Origin: a virus
Taxonomy: Duplodnaviria > Heunggongvirae > Uroviricota > Caudoviricetes
DNA length: 64,000 nt
Strand: one strand, 5' to 3'
Virus record (IMG/VR): IMGVR_UViG_3300010396_000041
Shown: positions 1 through 9,930 of the stretch, piece after piece
Layout: each line of letters starts with the position of its first letter
How positions within the stretch are numbered: the stretch's first letter is position 1
Program-made: the position numbers and the translations under genes
Notes under the pieces: generated by a model
What the model saw: the letters and a program-made list of their open reading frames with translations, nothing else
Told to the model about the DNA's origin: nothing
Databases searched by the model: none

Positions 1-2341
1 GCTGCGGCGCCCCGGTCGGAACCGGCGCCGCAATGATGTCGCTCGCCTTGTTCGACGGCGAGTCAGCAGCCCGGCCAGCGGTCAGGTAACCCCGGTCGAA
101 CTGGGCAGCGTCGATCGAAGACTGAGGCACCGAGTGCGTGTTCGGGCCGTCATAGTCCATACCCGGAACCGCGCGGCCAGCCGACTGGAACGGCCGGTTG
201 AACGACCCCGGCTTGATCTGCGTCGGGTTCGGGAAGTTCGCAGGCCCAGGGTTCGCGTCACGGAACGCCTTGTGCGCCTCCAACGCGGCACCGAAGTACG
301 AATCCGAGTCCATGCCCTTCAGCGCGGTGGCCTGACGCAGCAGCGCCGCAGCTACCCGCGCCTGCTCGAACGACCCGCCGTACACGGCGTTCTCGGCCTT
401 CTCCGACCAGTACCGCAGATCCAACGTCGGGAACGTCACACCCGGGTGGCACTTCGCTGCATCTACCGGGTGGAACCCAGCGCACAGCAGATCGTGCAAC
501 GCACCCAACTCATACGGCGCGCCTGCATCCTTGATCCGGCGTGCCGCCTTCATCTCCATCAGGTACGGGCCGTCAGGGTCCGTCGGCAGCTGGGCGTCGT
601 GCTCCAGCGACTCGATGAACGGACCGTCAGGCTCACGGTGCGCAGGCACCGGCTGAATATCCACCGCGCCGACACCGACCGCGTCGCCGTCAGGCGTGGG
701 CTTGCCTTTCTCCACAGTGCCTCCTTCCGCACCCTTGACCTTGTTGTCCGCCATCGGCAGGTAGCCAGGGTTCTGCTTGCCGCACCCCGGGCAGAACTTC
801 TCACCCTTATCCAGCTGCTTCTCGCAGCCAAGGCACGTGAAATCGTGGTTCTTCGACAAAGCCTTCTTAATCGGCTTCGCCTTCGCCATCGACCCACCAC
901 ACTCAGGGCAGAACGCGTGCTTCGCGTGAATGTTCGCGCCGCACCCCGGGCACATGTTCTTCGCCTTCGCAGCCTTCTCCGACGCGACCTCGGCGGCCTT
1001 GTTCGCCTTCGGGAGCTTCGTGCCGCAGTTCTCGCACGTCTTCTGCTTCGAATCCGCGTGATAGTTCTTCCCGCAGTTCGGGCAGGCCTTCGCGCCGGTC
1101 TTCTCGACGTCGGGCTCTTCCATCTCCTCGGTCGCCTTCGCGCCCTTCTTGGAGCTGCCCGGCTTCACCTTCGGTTCCTTGCCGGTGTCATCCAGCTTGG
1201 AACCAGGCTTATCAGCGTCGGTGCCATCACCGTCAGAGTCGGTGCCGTCGAACGCGGGAGCAGCGCCAGGGAACGCCTTCTTACCCTTAGTCGACTTCTC
1301 CTCGTCGTCGCTCTCCGGCTTCGACCCGCCCATGTTCGAGGTCGGGGTCTCGTCGTCCTCGGTATCGTCCTGAGCGCCGGAAGCAGCGTCAGCGTTCATT
1401 CCCTTGTTGCTGCTCATCTCGTCCTTCCACGCCTGTGGCAGCTCAGCGACAAACGACGGGCCCTTACGCTTGGCGATCCGGATGATGTTCGACTTCAGCT
1501 TGTCGCTGGAGTAGTTGTCCGGTCCTGCCCGCCCGATCGAGGAAGCAGCGTCGGAGACGTCGCCAGGGGTCACGATCGGGAACGAGCGGTCCTTGCCAGC
1601 GAAGTCCTCAGCCGGGATCTTGTCGCGGTCCACCCCGCCACCGACGTCCGGGTCCATCTTGCGCTTCTCTACCTCGACCTCAAGGTCCTTCTTCACACCG
1701 AGCAGCTTGGCCATATCGGCGGGAGAGAAGGCGGTGGAGATCTCTTCCGGCATCTCATACGTGGTGGTGGTGGTCTTCGTGATCGACTTGGTGATCATGC
1801 GGGGGGTCTCGTCCTCAACACCCCAGACCTTGCCCACCCACTCCGGCTCACCGCTGTCAGCGGACTTCACCAGCTGGATGCCACAGTTCTTATTTGCCGG
1901 ACGGTCTACGAGGGAAATCTCAACGATCTGCCCGTCCACGATCCGCCCACCCCGGGCGACACCATCACGCACGATCTTCGGCCGGGCGATACCCACGCTG
2001 TAAGCGCGCAGAGCGCCCTTCTCCACCAGCCGCTGCGCAACAGGCTCCACCACCAAGGACTTCACCCAGGTCGAGCCGTCAGCGTCCGTGTTTGCCTCAA
2101 CCCCCACACCGGCAGGGTCGCGCTGCGAATTGTGCTGAACCCGGACGTTAGCGCCCGACGCCAGCCAATCCTGAATGGCCTTCGAAGAGAAGTCGGGATC
2201 GACGATCTGCTCGTCAGAATCAACCGAGCCGTCAGTGGCCTTGCCGTATACAACCAGGTCACCGTCGTCGTTCTTCTCGAACTTAGTGATCGGGAACGAC
2301 AGGTACGTCAGCTCGTTGGTGTTGGTCAGCGTCGCTGCCAC
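1..2341 (-). CDS. capsid maturation (prohead) protease, HK97 family, with a long C-terminal extension carrying three CxxC..CxxC zinc ribbons; 3' end runs off window start
   Basis: Manual minus-strand translation from GTG at 2341-2339 (GAAGGAG 4 nt upstream, in-frame TGA just before) stays open to nt 1. Contains the prohead protease motif ...GRIVDGQIVEISLVDRPAN, then CPNCG..CENCG, CPGCG..CPECG, CLGCE..CPGCG. Absent from the ORF track because it is truncated by the window edge. The antisense + ORF 134..2386 is R-rich junk. Confidence 0.7.
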   Translation of the reverse strand, partial: MAATLTNTNELTYLSFPITKFEKNDDGDLVVYGKATDGSVDSDEQIVDPDFSSKAIQDWLASGANVRVQHNSQRDPAGVGVEANTDADGSTWVKSLVVEPVAQRLVEKGALRAYSVGIARPKIVRDGVARGGRIVDGQIVEISLVDRPANKNCGIQLVKSADSGEPEWVGKVWGVEDETPRMITKSITKTTTTTYEMPEEISTAFSPADMAKLLGVKKDLEVEVEKRKMDPDVGGGVDRDKIPAEDFAGKDRSFPIVTPGDVSDAASSIGRAGPDNYSSDKLKSNIIRIAKRKGPSFVAELPQAWKDEMSSNKGMNADAASGAQDDTEDDETPTSNMGGSKPESDDEEKSTKGKKAFPGAAPAFDGTDSDGDGTDADKPGSKLDDTGKEPKVKPGSSKKGAKATEEMEEPDVEKTGAKACPNCGKNYHADSKQKTCENCGTKLPKANKAAEVASEKAAKAKNMCPGCGANIHAKHAFCPECGGSMAKAKPIKKALSKNHDFTCLGCEKQLDKGEKFCPGCGKQNPGYLPMADNKVKGAEGGTVEKGKPTPDGDAVGVGAVDIQPVPAHREPDGPFIESLEHDAQLPTDPDGPYLMEMKAARRIKDAGAPYELGALHDLLCAGFHPVDAAKCHPGVTFPTLDLRYWSEKAENAVYGGSFEQARVAAALLRQATALKGMDSDSYFGAALEAHKAFRDANPGPANFPNPTQIKPGSFNRPFQSAGRAVPGMDYDGPNTHSVPQSSIDAAQFDRGYLTAGRAADSPSNKASDIIAAPVPTGAPQ

Positions 2342-2382
2342 AGAGCTCCTTCAAGTGAAAGGCGGGGCCCGTTGGCTGCCCG

Positions 2383-2598
2383 CTAAAGGTCGTCCTCTTC
2401 CAACGGCTCAAACTCTGTATACACCAAAGTTCGAGCTACCCACTCGGAATCAGTCGGAAGCACATACCCATAGTCGGTGAATACTGCATTGTGTCGTAGT
2501 TTGATTTTCATGCCCGCTGCTTCAAGGGCAGTCAGCGCCGCCGCCGCCTCCGTCAAAAGACGAGAGGCGACGGCAGGGTCAATGCGCTGCTTACCCAT
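2383..2598 (-). CDS. hypothetical protein (71 aa)
   Basis: ORF track. ATGA overlap with the upstream portal stop. Balanced composition. Confidence 0.5.
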   Translation of the reverse strand: MGKQRIDPAVASRLLTEAAAALTALEAAGMKIKLRHNAVFTDYGYVLPTDSEWVARTLVYTEFEPLEEDDL

Positions 2599-5500
2599 CA
2601 GTCATCCCGAGGGTTCGGCTTACCAGTGGCCTGGATGTGCCGCTCCTGGCAGAACCCCCACGCCTGGTCACTCGACATGTGCCGTGAGGCAATCGCGTGA
2701 CACGCCGTAAGGTCGCCAGGTCCACCCCAATTGATCGCCCCACCAGCGCCAGAGGCATACCAGTTACGCAGCGCCGTCGGGTTACCGCCATCCTTATGCA
2801 GCTGCTCCGCCATCTTCAGCACCGTAGGACTGATGCCCTTCGTTGCCTCCGGAGCCCACTCGTCACACACCATCTCCGGCAGGATGCTGCCTTCAACCAG
2901 AGTGCACGAATAGGTCTCGAAGTCCGGCGGGTTGATCCGGATCATCGAGCAGGTGCCGCACGCCCGCTCAGCGCTGGCAGACTCCCGGTAGTTCACCGAA
3001 GCCTTCGACACCTTGCCCTTGTTCGCAGGGTCATCACCCTGATGCAGCTGAGAGGAGTGCGTCTCTTCCCAGTCCTTATCACCAGCGGTAACCCGCGCGA
3101 TGTAGGCAGGTACCGGCTTACCCAGCGCCTTGTACGCCAGAGTGCGGTGGTGCCCATCGACGACCTTCAGCTTCGGATCGCCAGGCTCCTTCACCATGAT
3201 CGCCGGATGCAGCGCCTCACCAGCCTGGATCTTGTCCTTGAAGTGATCAACCTTGTCCCGCTGGTGATGAGCCGCCCACTTCTCCTCATCGTCGAAGTCG
3301 ATATCCGACAGCGCCACCTCGGTAGGGCCAGACCAGTCAGCCCGATCCACCCAGCCCAAAGCCGACGCCGGGAAGTTGCTGAGCATCAGCTCCTTCACCT
3401 TCGAACCGAGCGAGTCCTTCCGCGCGCCAGGGATACCCGTCACCGGTGAAGTACTCGTCCCGATCGAAGCCATCGACGGCGCCCCACCCCGAGGACCACC
3501 ACCCTGAGAAGGCTGCGGTGCCCTCGACTGCGGGTAGTCAGCGTCATCCTCGTCCGGCGGAGCGCTACGCACCCGCCGCCTCGGCTTCGACATCGTCTCA
3601 CCCGACGAGGTGCCCTCCGCAGGAGCCCAACGCGGCGGCTCTCCACCCGCACTGGGACCTGGCACCCCGCCGGGAACCTCCGGCTGCACCGGCTCATCCA
3701 TCACGACCCTACGTCCGGCACCCACCTCGATCCCGTTGACGTCGTGAGCTGGGAACACCCGGCCCCCACCGCCAGCAGGCACCCGCGCGGCAGCGGTCGG
3801 CAGCTCGTCATAGTCCGGGGCGGGTACCTCAACCACCTGCCCGTTCGTCAACACCCGCCGCAGCGTCGGACCCTTGGCGATCTCGATCGCCTGCTCGATC
3901 GACAGGCCCTTGGTCACATCCTCCTCGATGCTCATCAGCATCATCGAAGAGATGTGCTTCGGCTTCCACGAGATGATCGACCGACCCTTGCGGTAGTGCC
4001 GCGCCAGCGCAGCCAGCTCGGCATCCATCGCCTTGACCAGTCCGGGGATCAACTCGCCCTTGCCCATCTGGTCGACGACCTCGGCGATCTGAGCGGCGGT
4101 GATATCACCCCACTCCACCGACACGCCGTGGTAGCCGCCACCGGCACGGATCGCTTCGTTCTCCAGCGCAGCCAGCTCGGCGGCGATCTGGTCGCGGGTC
4201 ATCGCTTCCACAGCCGCCTGCTCGGGGATACCGGCGAGGAAGTCAGCGCGGTTAGCGATCGTCTGATCCCGCATCGCAGTAATGTCCTGCAACTGCTCGG
4301 CGTAGTAGTTCGACGCCCAGGGGCGCTGGACGTTCTCACCCCACAACGAGTCCATGTCCGGCTGGGTGTACTCCAGTGAGCAGTGGCAGTTCGGGCCGCC
4401 CAGACACACCGGGCCGCCGAACCCTCCGTTACCGGGGTAGCCAGGCAGGTTATCGAACGTGAACTTCTTGCCGTCCCGGGCGACACACAGCGAGCAGTGC
4501 TCTGCGTTCCCGAGATGCCAGATGATCGCGTACTCAGGGTGCGAGCCTTGGATCGTCTGCCCGAACGCCTGGTTGTACGCCATGTTCACGGTGTTCTCGT
4601 AGGCAGTAAGCCGGGAGTTGAGCCAGTCGAGCTCAGCCTGAGCCATACCCATCGCCGCGTAGAACAGCCCGCCGAGGAACGTCTGCTGGCTGGTCGCCAG
4701 CGTGACCGCGAGACCGGCAAAGTCCATCAGCGCGGTATCGGCATAGTCAGCGACAGCGTCTTCGCTGGCAGCGGCCATCGCCTGCTGATAGCCGTCGGCG
4801 AGGGTGTCGGTCGCGTCCGTCATCGCCTGGGCGTGAGTGATCTGCCCTGCCTGGTAGGCGGCGACAGTATCGCGCAGCGTCTGGCGCACCTGAGAGGCAG
4901 CGTCGTTCACCCGCTGCTCTCGACGGGCCTGGTGCGTCTCCTGAGCCTTGGAGATCACCGGGGTGATCGACTTCGAGGTGCCTGATGCGTCAGCTGCCTG
5001 CGCTGCCGCGTGCCCCGGGTTCGCTGATGCCCCACCCGACCCGCTCGGCTTCTTAGGGGCAGGCTTAGCGGGGGCGGAGCCGCCTCCTGAGGGCTTCCCC
5101 GGCCCGCCCGTGGGCTTGGCAGGGGCAGCGCCGTTTGCGGGCGGCTGACCGCCTCCAGCGGGCTTCGCTCCGGTCGCGCCAGGCTGCTGCCCGGCCGGGT
5201 TCTGCGCCGTCGGCTGCTGCCCCGGTGCCACATCTCCGGTCGTGGTGAGCTGACCCAGCGGAACAAACCCGGTCGCCGTCGCCCAACCCGGGTCGACAGT
5301 CTCGGGAAGACCCCACGGCTGGAGACCGAGTTCGCCGCGCGCCTCGTCAATCGAACGAAGACCCGCACCGATCTGAGTCACCAGCATCGTTGTCTGGCGC
5401 TCTTCGTCCTCGTCCTCCTCCAGGCCTTCGAAGACGAACTGCATGTCGTCCTGCTCGCAGACGTCCTGGAGCACCATGTTGAAGATCGAGGTGAGGAACG

Positions 5501-6884
5501 TCAGCAGCGGCTTGGTGGCCTTACGCTCCTGAGTCGACTGGCTTGCCTTCGCCATCTGGTTGGAAGCGCCAGGGGAGGTCGTGGTGCTCACCTTCGGCTG
5601 GATACCCAGCTCCATCGGCTGCACCCCGAATGCCATACACACCTGCGTCATGACGATCTCGTCGAACTGGTCCGCCAGCTCGGTCGGCTTCTGCGGCATC
5701 ACCTTCGAGTCGGCAGGCAGCACGATGATCTTGTGCTTCCAGGCGACATCACCAGCGATAGCGTTCAGCGCGTCCTGCAACTCACGGATCTGATTCGGCG
5801 TCATATTCGAGTTCGCGCCACCAGGCGAGACATATACCGCAGGGACCGTGCCCTCACGGAAGAAGTCCAGCTGATAGCCCTGCTTCTGCAAGCCAGCCAT
5901 CACCGGGATAAGCGCCTGCTCGATCGGCGCGAACCCGTACGGCGTCCACCGGCGAGGCGTCATCCGGTGATACAGCAGCTGATCGCCTCGGAACGCCGGA
6001 CCCTCCAGGCCCTTGTAACGCTCGATGTCCTCCTGCGTGATCATCGTCTGCAAGTCCGTACGCGGCACCCCGTACAGGTACTGCTGGAACGCCGGAGCAG
6101 GCGGGCGAGGCTTCGCGCCGTGCATATCCACCAGCGGGCGGATCGTCGGCGCCGTCACCAGACGAAGGTGCTTGAGATCAGTGCCGAACACGCCCTTGCT
6201 GTTTCCCCACGACGGCTGCATCAGCAGGGCGCAGGTGTCGTAGACCAAGACCTCTTCGAGGACCACACCGAGCCATTCAGTCCACGTATCATAGTCGGGG
6301 TCTGCGTGGTTGAAGAACTTGATCGCTTCGGCGCGGCGCTTACCGAAATCAGCTGCCTTCGTGGGGGAGCCGCGCATCGCTTTCGCGGCGTCCTTCGTCG
6401 GCATGATGTCCCAGTTCAGGCCCCGGATCTCGTTCTTACGCAGCTCGATACAAGCACGGGCGACCGAGTAGAGGTCTGCCAGGGTCCGCAGCGTCGAGAA
6501 GTCCGCCAGCTTGACCCCGCCCTCGGACCCAGGGGTGCCTACCGGAAGGTTCCAGCCGACCGGGTACTCCCACCAGCGCGGTTCCGCACGCGGGGTGTCC
6601 GGCGAGGCGGGAGCGTCAACAGGGACCGGCAGGATCGGGGAGAACGGCCCGAACGCGCCTTCAGTGAAGTCCTGAGGCAGCCGAGGCAGGAACCCGCCAT
6701 ACGCATACGACCATGACGGCCCCTGGCTGCCGCCGGTCTGGAGCTGCGCTGTCAGCGGTGAAAGCTGCCCGAAGTTGGGGTTAGCCATCTGCGGAGGCAT
6801 AGAGCCCTGGGCTCCGCCAGGGACGTGCTTAGAGAGCGGCGAGAGAGCACGAGCCACCCGGCGGGCATCCGAAGCCACAGACAA
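2598..6884 (-). CDS. portal protein fused to a MuF-like head-morphogenesis domain and a C-terminal ParB/Srx-like (DGHHR) nuclease domain (1428 aa)
   Basis: N-terminal portal-like region (GYQLDFFREGTVPAVYVSPG). G/P/A/K low-complexity linker. MuF-like region (HCSLCVARDGKKF, CLGGPNCHCSLEY). C-terminal KVVDGHHRTLAYKALG, a ParB/sulfiredoxin-type motif. Confidence 0.85.
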   Translation of the reverse strand: MSVASDARRVARALSPLSKHVPGGAQGSMPPQMANPNFGQLSPLTAQLQTGGSQGPSWSYAYGGFLPRLPQDFTEGAFGPFSPILPVPVDAPASPDTPRAEPRWWEYPVGWNLPVGTPGSEGGVKLADFSTLRTLADLYSVARACIELRKNEIRGLNWDIMPTKDAAKAMRGSPTKAADFGKRRAEAIKFFNHADPDYDTWTEWLGVVLEEVLVYDTCALLMQPSWGNSKGVFGTDLKHLRLVTAPTIRPLVDMHGAKPRPPAPAFQQYLYGVPRTDLQTMITQEDIERYKGLEGPAFRGDQLLYHRMTPRRWTPYGFAPIEQALIPVMAGLQKQGYQLDFFREGTVPAVYVSPGGANSNMTPNQIRELQDALNAIAGDVAWKHKIIVLPADSKVMPQKPTELADQFDEIVMTQVCMAFGVQPMELGIQPKVSTTTSPGASNQMAKASQSTQERKATKPLLTFLTSIFNMVLQDVCEQDDMQFVFEGLEEDEDEERQTTMLVTQIGAGLRSIDEARGELGLQPWGLPETVDPGWATATGFVPLGQLTTTGDVAPGQQPTAQNPAGQQPGATGAKPAGGGQPPANGAAPAKPTGGPGKPSGGGSAPAKPAPKKPSGSGGASANPGHAAAQAADASGTSKSITPVISKAQETHQARREQRVNDAASQVRQTLRDTVAAYQAGQITHAQAMTDATDTLADGYQQAMAAASEDAVADYADTALMDFAGLAVTLATSQQTFLGGLFYAAMGMAQAELDWLNSRLTAYENTVNMAYNQAFGQTIQGSHPEYAIIWHLGNAEHCSLCVARDGKKFTFDNLPGYPGNGGFGGPVCLGGPNCHCSLEYTQPDMDSLWGENVQRPWASNYYAEQLQDITAMRDQTIANRADFLAGIPEQAAVEAMTRDQIAAELAALENEAIRAGGGYHGVSVEWGDITAAQIAEVVDQMGKGELIPGLVKAMDAELAALARHYRKGRSIISWKPKHISSMMLMSIEEDVTKGLSIEQAIEIAKGPTLRRVLTNGQVVEVPAPDYDELPTAAARVPAGGGGRVFPAHDVNGIEVGAGRRVVMDEPVQPEVPGGVPGPSAGGEPPRWAPAEGTSSGETMSKPRRRVRSAPPDEDDADYPQSRAPQPSQGGGPRGGAPSMASIGTSTSPVTGIPGARKDSLGSKVKELMLSNFPASALGWVDRADWSGPTEVALSDIDFDDEEKWAAHHQRDKVDHFKDKIQAGEALHPAIMVKEPGDPKLKVVDGHHRTLAYKALGKPVPAYIARVTAGDKDWEETHSSQLHQGDDPANKGKVSKASVNYRESASAERACGTCSMIRINPPDFETYSCTLVEGSILPEMVCDEWAPEATKGISPTVLKMAEQLHKDGGNPTALRNWYASGAGGAINWGGPGDLTACHAIASRHMSSDQAWGFCQERHIQATGKPNPRDD

Positions 6885-6894
6885 CCCCTTCCTG

Positions 6895-9528
6895 TTAATC
6901 CAGCACCCAAGCTGTCGTGGGAGCCGTGCCGGTCGAAGCGTTGACCACCCACCAGCAGCCCGCAGGCACCCGGAACGTGATCAGCGGGAGCGCGCCAGCG
7001 GCCTGCGAGTAGATCGTCGTGAGCGCAGGAGCAGTAGCACTACCCGCCAGCGACGATACCTGGATGGAGGTGATATTGGTGCCGCCGGAAGCCACCACCG
7101 TGGCATCACGCCAGAACGTGTTGGCCTGTGCGGTGTTCAGAGTGAAGCTCGGCGAAGCGACCGCGCCGCGCACCTGCTGCTCTTTGATGATCCGCAGGTT
7201 CGTTGCGAACGTCGGGGTGATCGACGAAGGCGACCCGGTGAACCTGATCTCACCCGCTGCCGCCGCGAGGCTGGTGCCGGTGTTCGGGTTGTCGCGCAGC
7301 TGGACGGTGCCTTCAGTGTCGAGCACTGCGTGAACGATCGGGCCGATACCGGCGGCGCCGGGTCCGAAGAAGTTCAGGTGGTAGGTGCATGCCTCCACGC
7401 ACGCCTGGTCGAACCAGGAGGCGTGCAGCGCGGAGACCACTCCGGCCGAGCCGCCGTCGCCGTAGTTACCGACCGGGCACAGCCCAGACCAGCAGTACAG
7501 CAGGGTGACGTTGTTGCCGACGGTGTGTTCCATCGCCAGCAGGGCGTAGGTGTAGCCGCCGTTGCACACCACGTTGTTGAGGTAGTTCGAGGCGTTGTTG
7601 CCGTTCGACGGCATGATCAGCCCAGCCGACAGGCCGCCGGAGAACAATGTCACGTTCGTGAAGTCGCCGCTGTTGCCGTTGTACAGCTCGATCACGCCTG
7701 TGGTGCCGTACGCGAAGTTCCGGGCGTGGAAGCGGGCAGCGCCGAACATGTTCGCGGCGCTGTAGGTCCACCCGGCGTTCGAGTGCGTGGTCAGGATCGA
7801 GATGTCCTGGAAGACCACGCAGGTGTTCGAGTACACCGGGGTGGGGGTGCCGACCCCGAACCCGTTGAACCCGGTGCCGCAGCCGATCACCGAGGGGTTG
7901 CCTCCGAAGCCGCCAGAGGTTCCGGCGATTGATTGCGACTGAAGGGCGGCAGTGGTGAACACCCCGAAGGAGACCAGCGGCGACCCGGACCAGAACGGGT
8001 AGGAGGCGTTCCAGTAGCGGGTCTGCCCGCCGTCTCCTGCGCCCTTGAACACCAGGGTGACACCCGGGTTGCGTTCCGGGTTGATCGGAATGGTCAGCTG
8101 GGAATTAAACGCGATGTTGGTGCCGTCGGTGTGCTTGAGCGGGCCGCCGATCCCGAAGAACTTGCCCGTCGGGCTCGGGATGGTGATCTCTGCCAGCCCG
8201 TGCGCCTGGGCGTAGGTGTTCGCTGCCGCGATAGCCGACTGGAACGCGGCAGTGTCATCGGTGGCCCACAGCACCTGGAGACCGGACGCGGTCAGCGTGG
8301 GCGTGGTGTTCCAGGTGGCGGTGAAGCTGGTTGCGGAGTTCACGGCGGTGATGGTGCCCACCGAGGTGGTCTGCCCGCTGGTGGTCTGATTCTGGAGGGC
8401 GTTTTTGACCATGACGACCTTGCCGACGTCGCCGGAAGTCAGGACCGACTCGCCGATAGTGACGGTGCTGGAGGTCGCGGTGGTCGCCCCAGTGTTGCTG
8501 ACCTTCCCATCGCCTTTGGCGCCGTAGGCGTAGACGCTGAACTGGTAGGCCTGCAAGGGGTGGGTGTGCCCGAGGTCTGCTGCGGTGTTGGTGGTGCCGA
8601 GCGCGGCAGGTCCGTCAGGCTGAAGCAGCGTGGCGTTCGAGCCGTATTCCACTGCGCCTTGCGCGAGGGTGGTCGCGGCCGGGAGATCGGCTGCCTGGAT
8701 CGCTGCCAGCGCCGCGTTGACGCCATCGGAACGCAGGTAGTGCCCTGCCGACTGGGTGCCGGTGAGGGTGTTGATGGCTGCCTGCGCGGTGGCTGCTGCT
8801 GTACCGCCCTGGGCGAGGGGCAGCGGCGCGGCAAGGTGGGTGGCGGTGACCTGTGGGCTGCCTGCGATGCCGCCGAGGTCTCCGGTCAGCTGGACGATTC
8901 CTTCAGCGGCGTTCGTCGCGGCAGGTAGCTGGGTGGGGGTGGCGGTGCCGGAGATCTGCGCGAAGGAGTAGTCGCCGGTCTGTGCGGTGACGGCTCCGGT
9001 GCGGGTGAAGACGGAGGAGACTCCGCCGCTGATGGTGTGCCAGGTTCCGTCGCCTGCCAGGAACTCGGTGCTGATTCCTGGCGGGGTGGTGATGGGGGTG
9101 GTGCCGAGGGTGAAGGTGCCGGTGAAGGTGTTGGCACCGCTCCAGGTGTTGGGTCCTGCCAGGGTGCCGTAGGCGGTGAGGGTGGGCGCGGTGGAGTACT
9201 GGGCGAGGTCGGCGATATTGAGGGTGCCGGTGCCGGTGGGCTTGATGTAGTAGCTGGAGGTGACGGTGCTGATGGAGTTGTACTGGATGGTCTCGACGAC
9301 CTTGTAACCCCAGCCGGTGGGGGTGACGCCTGCGGTGTCGGTGGGTAGCAGCGCGACGGAGAGGGCTCCGTTGGTCAGGGCGGCGGTGATGGTCAGCTGC
9401 GGGAGCATGACGCCTTGGGTGGTGGCGGCGAGTTCTGCGGTGGGGGTGAAGGTGACGGTGCCTCGTACGGGGTTGCCGGAGGCGTCGCTGTAGGTGCCGA
9501 TCACGGTACAGGTCGGCGGAAAGCTCAT
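6895..9528 (-). CDS. tail fibre/tailspike-like protein with pectate-lyase-type right-handed beta-helix (877 aa)
   Basis: T/G/S/A-rich. Motif YAYGAKGDGKV...TDDTAAFQSAIAAANTY is typical of the pectate-lyase-3 / tailspike beta-helix N-cap. The + ORFs 6775..7932 and 7933..8928 are antisense artefacts. Confidence 0.7.
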   Translation of the reverse strand: MSFPPTCTVIGTYSDASGNPVRGTVTFTPTAELAATTQGVMLPQLTITAALTNGALSVALLPTDTAGVTPTGWGYKVVETIQYNSISTVTSSYYIKPTGTGTLNIADLAQYSTAPTLTAYGTLAGPNTWSGANTFTGTFTLGTTPITTPPGISTEFLAGDGTWHTISGGVSSVFTRTGAVTAQTGDYSFAQISGTATPTQLPAATNAAEGIVQLTGDLGGIAGSPQVTATHLAAPLPLAQGGTAAATAQAAINTLTGTQSAGHYLRSDGVNAALAAIQAADLPAATTLAQGAVEYGSNATLLQPDGPAALGTTNTAADLGHTHPLQAYQFSVYAYGAKGDGKVSNTGATTATSSTVTIGESVLTSGDVGKVVMVKNALQNQTTSGQTTSVGTITAVNSATSFTATWNTTPTLTASGLQVLWATDDTAAFQSAIAAANTYAQAHGLAEITIPSPTGKFFGIGGPLKHTDGTNIAFNSQLTIPINPERNPGVTLVFKGAGDGGQTRYWNASYPFWSGSPLVSFGVFTTAALQSQSIAGTSGGFGGNPSVIGCGTGFNGFGVGTPTPVYSNTCVVFQDISILTTHSNAGWTYSAANMFGAARFHARNFAYGTTGVIELYNGNSGDFTNVTLFSGGLSAGLIMPSNGNNASNYLNNVVCNGGYTYALLAMEHTVGNNVTLLYCWSGLCPVGNYGDGGSAGVVSALHASWFDQACVEACTYHLNFFGPGAAGIGPIVHAVLDTEGTVQLRDNPNTGTSLAAAAGEIRFTGSPSSITPTFATNLRIIKEQQVRGAVASPSFTLNTAQANTFWRDATVVASGGTNITSIQVSSLAGSATAPALTTIYSQAAGALPLITFRVPAGCWWVVNASTGTAPTTAWVLD

Positions 9529-9549
9529 GGTGGGCGCACCCTCTCCGTT

Positions 9550-9564
9550 ATGCTACGCTACTCA
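9550..9564 (+). promoter_or_regulatory. conserved 15-bp upstream motif ATGCTACGCTACTCA (plus orientation)
   Basis: 36 nt upstream of ATG 9601. One of about 27 copies. Confidence 0.6.
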
Positions 9565-9600
9565 CAGGCTGTCAGATCGGCAGCGCAGAAGGGTCCTGCT

Positions 9601-9930
9601 ATGACGTTGTTCCACATCGAAAACAAGCTCACCAGCGACCGGCACCGCTACGTCCAGTACCACCGCCTCGGCGGGTTGACGTTCTGCATCGACGTCACCT
9701 TCTACCCCGAGGGTATCGAGTACTCGCAGGCAGACATCTCGGTCCTGTCCGAAGGACGCGAGTGGACCGAGCTCGCCGAGTTCACCGCCGACAACTGGCA
9801 CGCCGGAGCCAAGGCCGTCGAAGGCGACGAGCGGATCGCGGTGTTCAAGCAGATCTGCGCGTTCCTCCTCGAAGTCGGCTGCCAGGCCACCGGGCTGATG
9901 GCCGCGACCGCAGCGGAGGACGAGGAGTAG
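9601..9930 (+). CDS. hypothetical protein (109 aa)
   Basis: ATG 9601 follows the motif plus a GAAGGG RBS. Balanced composition (MTLFHIENKLTSDRHRYVQYHRLGG...). Confidence 0.5.
   Translation: MTLFHIENKLTSDRHRYVQYHRLGGLTFCIDVTFYPEGIEYSQADISVLSEGREWTELAEFTADNWHAGAKAVEGDERIAVFKQICAFLLEVGCQATGLMAATAAEDEE

Noticed and set aside
134-2386. 750-aa + strand ORF, the longest ORF in the first 2.4 kb
   Set aside because: Translation is Arg/Leu/Val-rich low-complexity, typical of the antisense frame of a high-GC gene. The real gene is the minus-strand protease frame, which the ORF track could not report because it runs off the window edge.
6775-8928. Two long + ORFs (385 aa, 331 aa) inside the fibre gene region
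   Set aside because: R/G/A-rich junk antisense to the well-supported beta-helix fibre gene.
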